From the NCBI RefSeq assembly GCF_020745735.1, contig NC_083430.1:28262909-28326908 (forward strand): a stretch of DNA of 64,000 nt, written 5' to 3'. The notes beneath the pieces were generated by a model that was given only the letters and a program-made list of their open reading frames with translations, made no database searches and was not told the DNA's origin. Position 1 is the stretch's first letter. Each line of letters starts with the position of its first letter. Made by a program: the position numbers and the translations under genes. Origin of the DNA: Hemiscyllium ocellatum. Its lineage: Eukaryota. Below, piece after piece: positions 1 to 12,064 of the stretch.

Positions 1-20
1 GTATCTCGGTTTTTCTGAAG
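1..20 (-). CDS. CLSPN: Claspin, start of probable coding exon 12 (runs off the window)
   Basis: Minus-strand acceptor acttttccAG at 21-30; phase 1 continues exon 11 in an open frame (T-SEKPRY). Too short to confirm by homology. Confidence 0.5.
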
Positions 21-110
21 CTGGAAAAGTTAACAGAACAGGATTGGAGTGTATTTAAAAGCTAGCCAGACCAGAAACATTAATATTGCTGAAAAGACAG
101 TCATATTGCT

Positions 111-136
111 GAAACTTTTCATCTTGCACTCATCAG
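111..136 (-). ncRNA. Degenerate minimal hammerhead ribozyme motif (family C)
   Basis: Minus strand CTGATGA-GT-GCAAG-AT-GAAA-AGT-TTC: both conserved core boxes at minimal spacing. Confidence 0.5.
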
Positions 137-633
137 GAGTAAATCCAAAAATGCCTAATTTCTGTTAGAATTTATACTACAGATAAAAAAAAGGCACCAA
201 TTAGTTTGCAAGTTAACTTTGGTGAATTGAGGAATTTCACAGAGAAAACAACAGGGAAGCATTCAGCTCCACTTGTTTGTCTAATCTTAAAAAACGTACC
301 ACCAAGAAACAAAGTGTTAATCTATCAATCCCAGTAAAACAGTAGATTGGATACAGGGAACAAGCTTCTTTCATTTTTTTCCCCCAAACTTACGATACTC
401 AATCACGCAACTGCACCTCTTCCTCCCCAGCCCCACAAACACCAGTGGCAAATCTAGCCATAAAGCTCAGAGTAATGCGACCACATACATCATGAAATTT
501 TGTCAAGTCATACAATTAATAGCGATGTGTAAACATAAGTTCTACAGACAAAAAGGTCATTTTCATAAACAAGCTGGTTTTTACAGGCAACACAGTAAAC
601 AGGTGAAACTGCCCTTTGATAGGGTTCACTTAC

Positions 634-712
634 TTTGTGCTGTATCAGTAGACTGAGTATCATTGTCTGCTTCCACTCCTGCATCATCATCACCAAGCAG
701 AAATTCTACAGT
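634..712 (-). CDS. CLSPN: Claspin coding exon 11 (TVEFLLGDDDAGVEADNDTQSTDTAQ)
   Basis: tgtcttAG acceptor, A|GTAAGT donor, 79 nt; TVEFLL matches recalled human TAEFLL after the acidic tract. Confidence 0.8.
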
Positions 713-1175
713 CTAAGACAAATGCAAAGGCATTTGTATCATTGCAAATAAAATATGAAGACATGATAAATGGAGGCCACTACACAAACAAAGCATCTTG
801 AATATGTTTAATCCTCCCATTAATGCATAATTTACTTTCAAGTCTACTCCTTCTGCGGAACTGTAATTTGATGGTTCCTGCATTAATCTGTTCCAAACAA
901 TTCAGAACATTCCCAGTCCATGGATTGGAGGACAACAGTCCCTCTGGAATGCAGAAAGTCTTCTCCTCCAAAATACGAAGACTGCTGTTAAAACACATGA
1001 AACCCTCCAATTGCGTTTCTCGCCATAGGGTTTAAAAAAAATACAAGAGCTATCTGATTGAAATGTTAATATAAATGGGATAGTACTTTGTACAAATACC
1101 ATTAAATCTCCATTCACAACTTTCCTCTTATCAGTATTTCAGATCATGTCAAATTAAAATATTTTGAAGTTATAC

Positions 1176-1345
1176 CTCATGGTCATCTTCTTCAGACTCT
1201 GTCAGTTCTTCTTCCTCATCTTCTTCATTCTCAAAGCCCTGCTCATTGTCAAGCTGGTACAATGCTTGCCGTTTCTGACGTTCTTCTACACGACGTAATT
1301 TCATGGCTTCCTGGAGTTTAGCTTTCAAAGCTTGCAATTTTTCAC
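1176..1345 (-). CDS. CLSPN: Claspin coding exon 10 ([35 protein letters not shown]...acidic tract)
   Basis: ttCAG acceptor, GAG|GTATAA donor, 170 nt; near-identical to recalled human [35 protein letters not shown]. Confidence 0.95.
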
Positions 1346-2096
1346 CTGAACAATGCAATAAAGATACAATCATAAGAGGCAAAGTAGCTTTTAAACATGC
1401 AGCACTTTATGTAAATTGTCCATTATTCCATTCAGAAAATTTGGTTTACCAAAAAAAAAAGCACCTTCTTGTGCTCTTAATTCCAAGGTACTTGCACAAT
1501 AGAAACTTACTTTCTGAGTTACTTGACACATGATTATATTGCCTGCATTCTGATAGTTTTCTCTCAACCGAGCAGGCTAACGAGGACAAGATAATGTTGA
1601 TGCACAGTTGAAGATACAATTTCACACAATGCAAATGGAATTTGACAAATATTTTCAGTTTTTTTTTTGAAAAAGTCAACAGGTCTCAGTGTTGGCTTCA
1701 TTTTAAAATAAAAATCTTTACTTCATTCTGTTCCATGATCTAATCGGTTGTTCAACTTTCTAAATTAAAATATCTGATCTGCAACCACAATTGAAACAAA
1801 TACATTCAAAATTAAACTCTTAACAGGAGATCAATTTAAATATTTTATAACGAATTTCAATCCATTAAGTGGTTTTCCAGATTGCACCAGTCAAAAAACA
1901 GTGAAAGGGAATTAAACTGAAGTGAATTCTGAGACATTAAAAAATGGACTCCATGCAGTCCCCAAATAGCCACCAAAAACCATTAATGCTTACAATAAAT
2001 GGATGCATAAGTAATAGTTAAGATTTATTCAAAATCCCCAAGAAAACCTCTGCTACAGATTAATCAGCAATTCTCTCTATCTACTGGAATACTTGC

Positions 2097-2288
2097 CTGG
2101 CTTTGTTGGTCCAAATTCCTCCACTTCTTTCTTACCCAAGGTTACCACTACCGAATCTGCCTTCAGATCTTCTTTGCCATCAGCATCAGTTGTTTTCCGA
2201 ATTGTGTTAAGCTCTACACGGCGCTCTTGGTTCTGTTTAACAGGCTTGATGCTATGTTTCAGAAAACGCTCCTTTAATGCTTGCAACT
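2097..2288 (-). CDS. CLSPN: Claspin coding exon 9 (ELQALKERFLKH...DGKEDLKADSVVVTL...TKP)
   Basis: tttttAG acceptor, 192 nt, ends at a non-canonical CAG|GCAAGT donor; matches recalled human ELEALKQRFWKH...DGKEELKADVVPVTL...TKPG. Confidence 0.92.
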
Positions 2289-3244
2289 CTAAAAATAAAA
2301 CAAAAGTCACTTTTATATGGATATTGAAATATTGTAATCAACAGAAGAAAACAAGCTGTTTTGAATTTGCTTTTATTCAGTAAAGATTCAGTTGACTAAT
2401 TTAGCAAAAATTAAAATACTCATTCAACATACATGTAAAATTTATAAACAAAAATTACATCTGAAATCTCAATATGTATTATCAAATACAGATTTAAGAC
2501 AGATGGCAACAAACATGTTAAAAATTTGCAAGTTATGATAGTCTGGAATGCAAAGTCCATCAGACTGGTAAAAATTATTAATGAACCTCCTGCCACATCC
2601 ATACAGAAACTAACAAACTGAATAGATCTTTCAAAGCGCAGACACAAGCACAATGAGTCAAATATCATCTTCTATTTTATATCAACCAATAACTTTCTGA
2701 GCAACCTGTCATTTTAGGTATCATTCCTTACAAATCATGTGCATCACATCACCAACAGGTTTCTTTGAATGGATTGAATTAATTCAGGGCTACCAACTAT
2801 TTCAAAACAAATATTGACAAATAAGTTGTCATACATTATTTTTCTTAAATCATCTAAACTTTTGCAACACACTTTCCAAGATGTAATTGCAACCCTTTAA
2901 GATGACTTAGGCCAAAAGGTGCTCAAAAATGATCCTGAACGACTGATTCCCTGACTGCGCCTGCCTTCTTGAGGCGGTAAGCAGCTCCATTTAACAATAT
3001 GTGGGAATGAGGGATTTACTCAATGGGGTATTGAGCTGCCACAAGCCCTTTCACCAATGTTTTCAATCACACAGTAGCACTGCTATCCAACGATTATCAG
3101 ATAGAAAAGAAATGCGAAATGATAGGCCTGGACTTTGTAGCAGTGATGAAGCAGAACGGTCAGGGTTTGCTCTGCAAAAAGCAACACTAGCTTAAATCAC
3201 CATGTAAACACGGAATTCGGTGGCTGGAGACATTTTTAGAATAT

Positions 3245-3555
3245 GGGTAGCACGGTGGCACAGTGGTTAGCACTGCTGCCTCACAGCGCCGGAGACCTGG
3301 GTTCAAATCCCGCCTCAGGTGACTGACTGTGTGGAGTTTGCACGTTCTCCCAGTGTCTGCGTGGGTTTACTCCGGGAGCTCCGGTTTCCTCCCACAGACC
3401 GAAGATGTGCGGGTCAGGTGAATTGGCCGTGCTAAATTGCCCGTAGTGTTATATAAGGGGTAAATGTAGGGGTATGGGTGGATTGCGCTTCGGCGGGTCG
3501 GTGTGGACTTGTTGGGCCGAAGGGCCTGTTTCCACACTAAGTAATCTAATCTAAT
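3245..3555 (+). mobile_element. HE1-type V-SINE, full length and young
   Basis: A box TGGCACAGTGG, B box GGTTCAAATCC, V-domain (gtgtggagtttgcacgttctccc...ggtttcctcccac), CR1-like 3' tail, (CTAAT)n end; CpGs retained. Confidence 0.9.
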
Positions 3556-3969
3556 ATATTTACACTGTTAAGAGCTTTTAGACTTTACTTCAATTCCATT
3601 TATTATGCCCCAATCATTTATTTCAAAGCCTTTAAAACTTTCAGATGAGGAAGTTAGTTTACTTTACTACCAGGAATTTGTAATTTGAAGCAATACCTCA
3701 TACTGAATGGGTTGTTTTACCGTTGGGGACAACTGACTTGGCACCAGAATCAAGCCAATCTCAGAAAAAGGCAAATACATGCCGCAGAGGCTGGCAGATC
3801 ACTGGAGGCAGATTTTTCTTTGCGATCAGGACAAGGAAAAAAGTTGTTTTGCTGTTAAACATGAAATACAGGCCTATCATTTTTGTTGCAACAACTCCCA
3901 AGCACAAACTTCATCTTGGCTTAAAACCTCAATATTTTTTAGTAAATACGACATGAAAAAAAAGACAAC

Positions 3970-4601
3970 CTTTGTTTTCTTTGAGCTCTTCCAAGTTCAC
4001 AAATGCACCCTCATCTGCACAAAGGCGAGGTTTCAATGTTAGGTCTACACCTAGCACCCGTAACTTATCCAATTTGGATTTTCGTTGTTTGGCCATTGAA
4101 GTAGTTTCTAACTGTTTATGCACTTCTTCAGTATCTCTCGGTACTTCACTGGAAAGCTTCAGTACAGAATCAGGTACTATTTTATCAACCTCTTCATGAG
4201 GATTCTCAGGCAAAATTGGTTGTCTATCGCTGGACCCAGTTTCATCAGTTAGTTCCAAACAGAAAGAGTAATTGTCATGTTCTGTGCTATATTCGGCATT
4301 GACAGAGTCTTTTCCATTGCTTTCCAAGTCAGTGGAAATATCGGGTTGTCCTAACATCTCAACAGGTCCTTTGTGCTTTTCTACCTGAATTTCACATTCA
4401 GGTGGATCAGGACAAATATTTTCTTTATTTGAATTGTTCGAATTGGATTCTTCTACAGCTGAAGTATCTACAGCTGTGACATTTTCATTGTTACACAACT
4501 GATCAAGGAGTCCGTGATCTTGAGGAACAGTATTTATATTTTCAATCTCTGTTGGGATCTCTGAGGTGCTCTGCAGCAAGCAGGATTGATACTTAGCTGA
4601 T
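3970..4601 (-). CDS. CLSPN: Claspin coding exon 8 (large low-complexity exon, SAKYQS...KLDKLRVLGVDLTLKPRLCADEGAFVNLE)
   Basis: Within ORF 3929..4693; ttcttacAG acceptor, G|GTTGTC donor, 632 nt keeps phase; C-terminal part matches recalled human [28 protein letters not shown]. Confidence 0.92.
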
Positions 4602-4789
4602 CTGTAAGAAAATTGTGCATCGTCAGCCACAATCCAAATTAACATTTTTAAATCAAAGCAATGTAAACCAGGGACAATTTTGAAATAAAGCATAAATCTA
4701 TAAAGATTTTTCTTTTGCGAATGACCAACACAAATTACAATACAACTTGGTCAAGTCCTAATTTTAGTGATACCCTGCATAACGTTAGA

Positions 4790-4996
4790 GTAAAAAGTGA
4801 GGTCTGCAGATGCTGGAGATCAGAGCTGAAAACGTGTTGCTGGTTAAAGCGCAGCAGGTCAGGCAGCATCCAAGGAACAGGAAATTCGACGTTTCGGGCC
4901 AGAGCCCTGATGAAGGGCTTGTGCCCGAAACGTCGAATTTCCTGTTCCTTGGATGCTGCCTGACCTGCTGCGCTTTAACCAGCAACACATTTTCAG
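4790..4996. mobile_element. Fold-back Penelope-type pseudo-LTR insertion (family A) with hammerhead core
   Basis: 75-bp inverted arms 4825-4899 / 4923-4997 with 1 mismatch; 17-bp TSD ccctgcataacgttaga at 4773-4789 and 4997-5013. Confidence 0.85.
4907..4934 (+). ncRNA. Minimal hammerhead ribozyme core (family A)
   Basis: CTGATGA-A-GGGC-TTGT-GCCC-GAAA-CG-TC; palindromic ACGT helix III, GUC cleavage triplet. Confidence 0.75.
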
Positions 4997-5574
4997 CCCT
5001 GCATAACGTTAGAACAGAAAAAAAAAGTTATATCAGAACTGAAACAGAGTTTGCAGCACATGTTGTGTACCAACTAAATTCTACAGCTGTTCTTCCATAA
5101 CATGATTTGGGGGACAGCAAAAACCTTATTTATGACATTTCTCTTAGTTGCTTGATTCTGGACAAACTAAACACAGCAAGCAGCTTTTCAATCCAGTACT
5201 TGGGATAAAAAGGGTGATTTGCATTTCATTGCCACACTGGAAAAACCAAAGGCAGCTGTTATTTGGAAATATGCAGTGAATTTACTTTTGGGACTTGACA
5301 AAGATGGAGAGATCAATCTGAAAGTACGGTTTACACAAGATTATGTTGAACATTTCATATTATTCAGAGGCATTAATTCAGAAGTGAAAAGGTGCATGAT
5401 TTTTCTTGGCAGCATTAGAAAGAGGAGGAGGAAAGATTGCACAATTCAAAAAAATACATTGCATTCTGCTTTAAAATTGCTTTGGCAGTATAATTAATTT
5501 TTTCCCATCCAAATTTCCTGGAGAATGAGATGAATTCACATTCAACTATGATGAAATTTTACTCCACACCCATT

Positions 5575-5920
5575 TAAGAATGAACCTTATTTATGCAGCA
5601 TCTCACACATCCTTCACAACCATTAAAGTACAACTGAAGTGTTGTCACAGTTGCAGCGGAGAGAAATCTGAGGGCCAAATCTCAGCCAGCCAGTGGACTT
5701 TGATTATTGTCATTAGGTCTATTAAATTCATCCAAACAAGCAGACAGGACCTTTGTTTTCCATCTCATTTGAAAAGCAATGTCGCCGACAGGTAGCACGC
5801 TTTCAGTTTTACGAGTGCCAGGTCAGATAATGCGTTCAAGTATATAGACAGTGACTTGAACACCACAATCTTTTCCAAACTGGAGGCAAGCATGTCATAA
5901 ACTGCGCTAAAGTTGACACA
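5575..5920 (-). mobile_element. Old SacSINE1-like Deu-SINE
   Basis: Degenerate antisense match to the recalled Deu-SINE consensus (catctcatttgaaaag...gacaggtagcac...gacttgaacaccacaatc); similar copies near 7455, 47040 and 48125. Confidence 0.55.
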
Positions 5921-6577
5921 TTATGACAGACTTCTGAAACTACAGCACTGAAATTACAAAATATTATACTAATCACAATTGCAAAGTAATCGATAGTCAA
6001 GAACTTTGGAAATGCTCAAAGGAACTAACCTATAAAACAAAGTTCTCTTCTCCAATAACTGAATGTATTTAAATTCTTGAAAACACAAATTAAATAGTTT
6101 TTCAAGAGAATAAAAGATCCAGTACAAAGGTTTTGCTATTCAACAAACAAATACATTGTATGGTTGCAAATCACATGAACACATCTAGTGACTGAAAAGA
6201 GTTACTGCGTACATTGCCTCTATTTCTTGGATAATCTGAACTGGTTTCAGAATATTGAATTTTTCCACTGAAATATTATTGTACAGAATAGTAATTATTT
6301 CAGTACAATGTCATCCGTTTAAATCAAAGCTTCAAAACATTGAAAGTCTTAGAGTCATGGAATAGAGAGGACCAAAATGAAGGTTTTAGGCAACTTTAAA
6401 TATCTAAAGTAACTTTTTTCAATAATTTAGTGAATGGCACAAGTCTGGATTACAAAGCTACAAAATTACTAAAAAATAAGGTGGCAAATATGGAGAATTG
6501 GAGTTTTGAGTAAGTATAGGAGATATAGCAGCTTTCCTCTTTATCCTACAGGGAGATCTCTCTATAAAGTCCCTTAC

Positions 6578-6686
6578 TTGAGCAATGACATGGCACTTCC
6601 TTGGCAAGCTGGTCGTGGTCGTTTCTTGAAAAAGTCATGAATGGTTTTTGGCTGTGGTAGGTGATATGGTAGAGATAAACTTGACT
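6578..6686 (-). CDS. CLSPN: Claspin coding exon 7 ([37 protein letters not shown]; PIP-box-like KTIHDFF)
   Basis: ttttgcAG acceptor, AA|GTAAGG donor, 109 nt; matches recalled human [26 protein letters not shown]. Confidence 0.95.
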
Positions 6687-7454
6687 CTGCAAAAGGAAAT
6701 GGACATTATTATTAACAAGGCACAAATTGGCATTACATACCAAAATCTTAAGTTCTTTGTCATGGCCACCAATGATCTGCTCGTTCTTCACTTCAAGAAC
6801 CTCTTCCCCTGACATCTTCTAAATTAATGGTTTCATGATACAAAAAAGAAAAACTAGTCCCAGAGTTTCATCAAATATCATACCTCAACTACAGTTGAAC
6901 ATCAGGAGAAAGAAAACAAAAGGAAAAATTATGGTTGGTCTCATAGATTGATGAAGAACACAAACATTCTTTCCAATTGCTTAAAAAGGTTAGATCTTGT
7001 AAAGGATTAGACAGCAAGTATATTGGGGACAATGAAAATATCAGAAAGAGTATAGTTGCCACGTTGACAAGATCACTGTGACAACTCTCATAGCAGTGAG
7101 TGAAATAGATTGTATTGGGATCTATTTTAAAAATGTCAAATATAGAAAGGTAACCCCACCAATTTGTAAATCATTGTTGTGGTTGCCTGAGAATACTGAG
7201 TTCTGGTGACTTCTGCAGAGGATACAGCAGAACAATGGTGAAGGGACCAAATGGTACAAAGCTGAGGCATTTATTTATATGGTGTGATTAAGTGGCTAAT
7301 GCTTCATTGGGAAAGAGAAAATTGAGAAATAAGATTGCTGTTTTCAGGATTCAAGAAAAAAAATGCAATTGAGACCATGATAAACTACTTCAACTTGCTC
7401 AGAAACGCAACCTTGACCAGAGTTGTGATTAAAGAGGCTAAGTTAATGAAAATT

Positions 7455-7610
7455 AAGCCATGGGATCTTTTATAAGCACCCAAACAAGCAAACAAGGCTT
7501 TTGTTTAACATCACAAGCAAAAGATTTGCAACAATTTAGCACTCCCACAACACAAGTGCCAGCGTAGATTTTTGCACTCGAGTCCTCGAATTCAAAAAGA
7601 CATGCTGCAA
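7455..7610 (-). mobile_element. SacSINE1-like Deu-SINE fragment
   Basis: gccatgggatctttta...tttaacatcac...gcactccc...tagatttttgcactcgagtc. Confidence 0.55.
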
Positions 7611-8254
7611 GATACCCATTATTATTATCATCCAGAAGCAATTAAGTTACAGTACTCAAGTCAAATGGGTTCATTATGCTGGTGCTAATTCTCCGCAGGT
7701 GCTGTTCAGTGTCACTTACATCTTTTAAAATGTTCGAGAATTTATTTACTTTTTAAAAGGACAGACGTGAGGATTCTGCCACTATTTCTTCACGAGTATT
7801 TCAGATGTGAACATCACTACATTCAAAAACCTAAATCACAGTATCTTTCCTTTTGTCTTTGTAATGTCTCAAATTTTTGCCCTCCAATTTTTCAATCCCT
7901 TGACAGCGGAAATAGCTTATCTCTCATATACATGATCAAAGCCTTAATTTTGAGCTCCTCCCAACATTCTTATTAAAAAGAAAAGAAAAAAGAGAGCCCA
8001 TTTCTCTCAAAACTGAAGGCTCTGATCTTGGGTACCAGCAAATAAATGTTTCCATCACCTGGATATCCGTGTGAAATCAAGACACTCAAAACTGAACAAA
8101 ATTGCAATAGTGATTTACAAAGATTTTTTTTTCTTTTAACTGTAGACAAATAAAAATACTCTGGAAAAGAATGCATTTTTTTTCTCAAAAATATAAAATC
8201 ATCAATTTGCTCTTCTAATTTTGGGGACTTTAACAATTGCCAATCTCTGCCCAG

Positions 8255-8900
8255 TACAAAAGCAAATACTACAGATGTCAGAAATCCAAATAAAAACAGG
8301 AAATGCTGGGAAACACTTAGGTCAGGCACATCTATAGAGAAATAATACCAAATCCTAAGGGTGGTGATCTTTTCTTGGAAGAAGAAAATAGTTAGAGGTG
8401 CAACTAGTTATAAACAATTAAAGATGCAGAAAAAGAACAGGGAAGAATGAAAGCAAAAGGTCTGCAACAGTCTGAAAGACAGGATACATTAAAATGACGA
8501 AACAGCAGATTGTGAAAGGCAAAATATGATGGCAGTGTGACAAGGAAAAGAAACAAAGATGGGCTGAAAGAAGTTGTAAGTGGAAATAGCAGAATCACGT
8601 TTATGTTTTTAAGTTCTGTTCAAAAGAAATTAGTGCAAAGGTTATTATTACATAAAATGATCAAAACTCGATGTTGAATTTGGAAAGCTATGATATACCT
8701 AATCAAAAATAATGTTGATGTTCAAGTTTATACTTAACTTTACAGCATAGGGTAGAACTGACAAAAAGGTCCGGGGCACAGAATTAAAATGACAGATGCC
8801 CGAAAGCTCTTGGGCATACTTATAGAATGAAAAGGGGTGTTCCACAAAACAGCCTGTGTTTGGTTCTCCCAGCACAAAGGAGACTACATTAATTAGGACT
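8255..8900 (-). mobile_element. Old degenerate Penelope-like remnant related to family A
   Basis: aaaagcaaatactacagatgtcagaaatcc...aaatgctgggaaacacttaggtcaggcacatct resembles the family A terminus; the rest is heavily decayed. Confidence 0.45.
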
Positions 8901-9088
8901 GCATATGGTACATTTAGATCAGAAAAAGTTCAACTAAATTCAGAATTGTCAGGTTCTCGAGATTAGAAAATGTGGAATCAAAACAGTAAATATTATATAT
9001 CTGGATCTAGAATTTATATGAAAGAAGTTGTGAAAAAGCTACAAAGTAATTGAAGGGTGGGCTATGGTGAGTGGGAAATGAATGATGT

Positions 9089-9090
<2 letters not shown>

Positions 9091-9126
<36 letters not shown>
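9091..9126. repeat. (GT)18 microsatellite
   Basis: Direct read. Confidence 0.97.
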
Positions 9127-9128
<2 letters not shown>

Positions 9129-9823
9129 TGCCGGAAAAGCTCATCTCCAGCAGCTGTAGTCCTGACTTTCTCTGCGGGAATGAATGATTCCAATCCACCA
9201 GGTTTTTGCTCCTCTTTTAATGCTTTGCTCTGTAGTTTAAGGGTCATCTATGAATTCTTATTTCCATAATACATCACTCCATTTCTATGCGTTACAAACT
9301 CATTTGATGTCCAAATCCTACAAACCTGCCTAAACCCTGAAATTCCCAAAACTCTTCAATCAACCAGAACCCTTATCTGTTGCCTCCGAAGTTTCATATG
9401 GCATCCCAATACTGGAGCACAGTTCAAGGGGAAACAACGACCAAGAAATTCAACTTCTGATGACAGTGATATCACTTCTCTTCTTAAAAAAAATCCTTCA
9501 TTTTTAATATCATCCATTAATCATTAGTGTTTTCTACCTTGTAACCGTTTCGAATTCAAGCTACATCCAGTTTAATACTGTTCCCTTAAACTTGCAGTGC
9601 TCTTCAATCAATGTTTTCTGTAACATTTAAACACAAAATCAACTCTATTCTTATCAGAATATAGTGAACTCTGCAATTAATTAGCAAAGATAGAACTATG
9701 CTACTTCATGGGTTTGCACATTTTGTGTATATTATATCTACATTCAATCACAAAAACAGAGCATCAGATGGCAGGAAGAAGAATCACACATACAAGTGAA
9801 GTCATTTGCACTTTAAACCTCAC

Positions 9824-9905
9824 CTCGCATCAATCGTTGAGTTTCACTGTGGATCTGCCTCATTGCTTCCTTACTCTGTTTGGCCGCCTTCCTCTCTATA
9901 CGTAC
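9824..9905 (-). CDS. CLSPN: Claspin coding exon 6 (VRIERKAAKQSKEAMRQIHSETQRLMR)
   Basis: ccttacAG acceptor, G|GTGAGG donor, 82 nt; matches recalled human [24 protein letters not shown]. Confidence 0.93.
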
Positions 9906-10139
9906 CTGTAAGGACAGAAAGTGATAAAATTTCTCAGATGAGTGACACATAACCTCAGACTTTAAACAAAATGAAATATATTAAAAATGAACCTTTTAAA
10001 AAATTTGCATCCTGGTTTGCCAGAAAGAACTTATACTGGATAATTCCAATGATGCTTAATCTCATTTTCAAATTTAAAAAAAAAATCAATATTCAGCTGG
10101 GGTTCAACTTAATTTGAATCAATGAGAAAATAGCATTTC

Positions 10140-10432
10140 GGGCAGTATGGATGCTCAATGGTTAGCACTGCTGCCTCTCAGCACCAGGGCCCTTGGGTTT
10201 AATTCCAACCTCAGACAGTCTGTGTGTAGTTTGCACACAGCCACGTAAACGTGTACATTCATTCGGGTGCCGTGGTATCCTCCCACACTCCAAGGATGTG
10301 CAGGCTAGGTAGATTAGCCATGGGAAATGCAAGGTTACAGGGATGGGCCAGTAAGTCTGAGTAGGATGCTGCACAGAAGGTTGGTGTGGACTCGATGGGT
10401 CATATGACCTGCTTCCACATTTTGGGGATTCT
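10140..10432 (+). mobile_element. HE1-type V-SINE, diverged
   Basis: ggttagcactgctgcctctcagcaccaggg head, V-domain and tail colinear with 3245-3555. Confidence 0.85.
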
Positions 10433-11828
10433 ACAATAAAAATCACCTTGAAAATCTAAGACATGTTTTAACTCTTTCACAGCTGCGTACAATATTAACC
10501 TTTAGCACCAACCACAATGTTAGGCATGACATTTTCATCAAATTTCAAAAATTCAACATGGGACTCAAGGATTGGTTTAGTAGTAAGACTATCTCAATTC
10601 TAGTTAAACATCACCAGACCACTGATAAATGAAGTAATATCAAATATCACAATGTGAGTAATATCCTTTTATATTTTATAAATGAGCACTTATTTTCTCG
10701 GCACATGTATTCATGATGGATGGTGACATCATGACCATTGTTCCTTCAGCAGGTATGCACCTAACACCTTTACTTTGCATTTGCAGCATAATTTCATAGC
10801 CACATTCATTGGAACTGGTATGACAGATATTACATCTCAAATCCTAAGTATAGTTCAAATCTATATTCAGATGTAGCTTGTGTCCTCAGCTCCACATTAC
10901 TGTCGGCTTAGAATTTGGGTTGAGCGTGCAACCATTTAAAAATGAACAGCACTTATTGCAAAGAAACAGGTAATTCAGCCAACTAGTATAAGTGAACATT
11001 TATTCCCCATACACGCCTCTTAAGAGCACCAGGAGTAGGAGTAGACTGTATAGAGCAACAAACCTGTAACCTTAAGTCCACGTCCATCCAATTAAATTGC
11101 TTCAAAATCTTGAATGTTTCAATGTAATTACCTCTTATTTTAAATGAGGACTGAGATTCAAAACTATTCACCAAATTAATCGCAAATGCAACATTTACGT
11201 AAAAACAGGAACTTTCTTCTAGCAGAAATAAATCAATTTCAAATGCCTGAATCGAGCATTTAGCACTAGACGCCACACTACAATTTAACTACTTTTTGTA
11301 CTCATTAATAGTTTACCAAATATCTCTACTCGTATATTTATTTTAAACTGTCAAATATCGACTGATTCAAGATGGAGTAATTAGCTATAGTCCAGGAGGG
11401 GCCATGGGCTTTTATTTTCTGTTAGAGATAAGCGGCTATTCAGTTTGTGGGGCACCACATTGCATAGAACATGGTAACATAGCAGCGATCCATGAACCAC
11501 TAAAAAGGTGATTATGTACTGCAACAACCTTTCCAAGGACTGAATGGTTAAAAAAAAACTGTCAGATGATAATGTACATCAGTTGTAAGTTACTTTTGTT
11601 TCAAAGAATTATTACGTTTCGTTTTGAACAGAATATAAGAATATAGGCTTGTAAAATTTTGATTTTTAAGATATGATGTCGAGGACAGAAGAATGGGAGA
11701 AGGAATTGAGAATAATATTTAGTCACTCCCTGGTATCATTATGAAGGCTTGTTTTTGGATATATTACTTCATTTTAAATGGTGATGGGTCAAAGCATCAA
11801 CATTAAGCTTGTCTTAGTCAAATATCAC

Positions 11829-11906
11829 CTTTTTTTCCTCTACTTGCAAAGCTTCCTCGCAATCATAATCCTGGAGATTCTCACCAGATGGCACTAGATT
11901 AATTCT
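11829..11906 (-). CDS. CLSPN: Claspin coding exon 5 (RINLVPSGENLQDYDCEEALQVEEKK)
   Basis: Strong polypyrimidine tract plus AG, AAG|GTGATA donor, 78 nt phase 0/0, open frame; 26 aa equals the gap expected from the recalled human protein, though the sequence is poorly conserved. Confidence 0.75.
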
Positions 11907-12064
11907 CTAAAAAACAGAAGAAAGAGTAACTAAGAAATTATTACAGAAACTGTACAAATAAGCAAAATAAAGTAACATGATTTATAAAATGCAAGAGGAT
12001 GCACAATAATGCAATAAAGTGAAGTAGTTGCTCAGTCAATTTTTTTTTTACAAAGTCACTCATG

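Noticed and set aside
3245-3320. tRNA-like sequence with A and B boxes (also at 10140 and near 24650-24717)
   Set aside because: It is a SINE head continuing into the V-domain and LINE tail, not a tRNA gene.
4715-5100. ORFs 4715..4963, 4785..4988 and 4810..5100, and look-alikes at 17987, 18045, 23970 and 24017 sharing the peptide LLVKAQQVRQHPRNRKFDVSG
   Set aside because: They are translations of the palindromic family A repeat; the same peptide appears on both strands because of the inverted arms.
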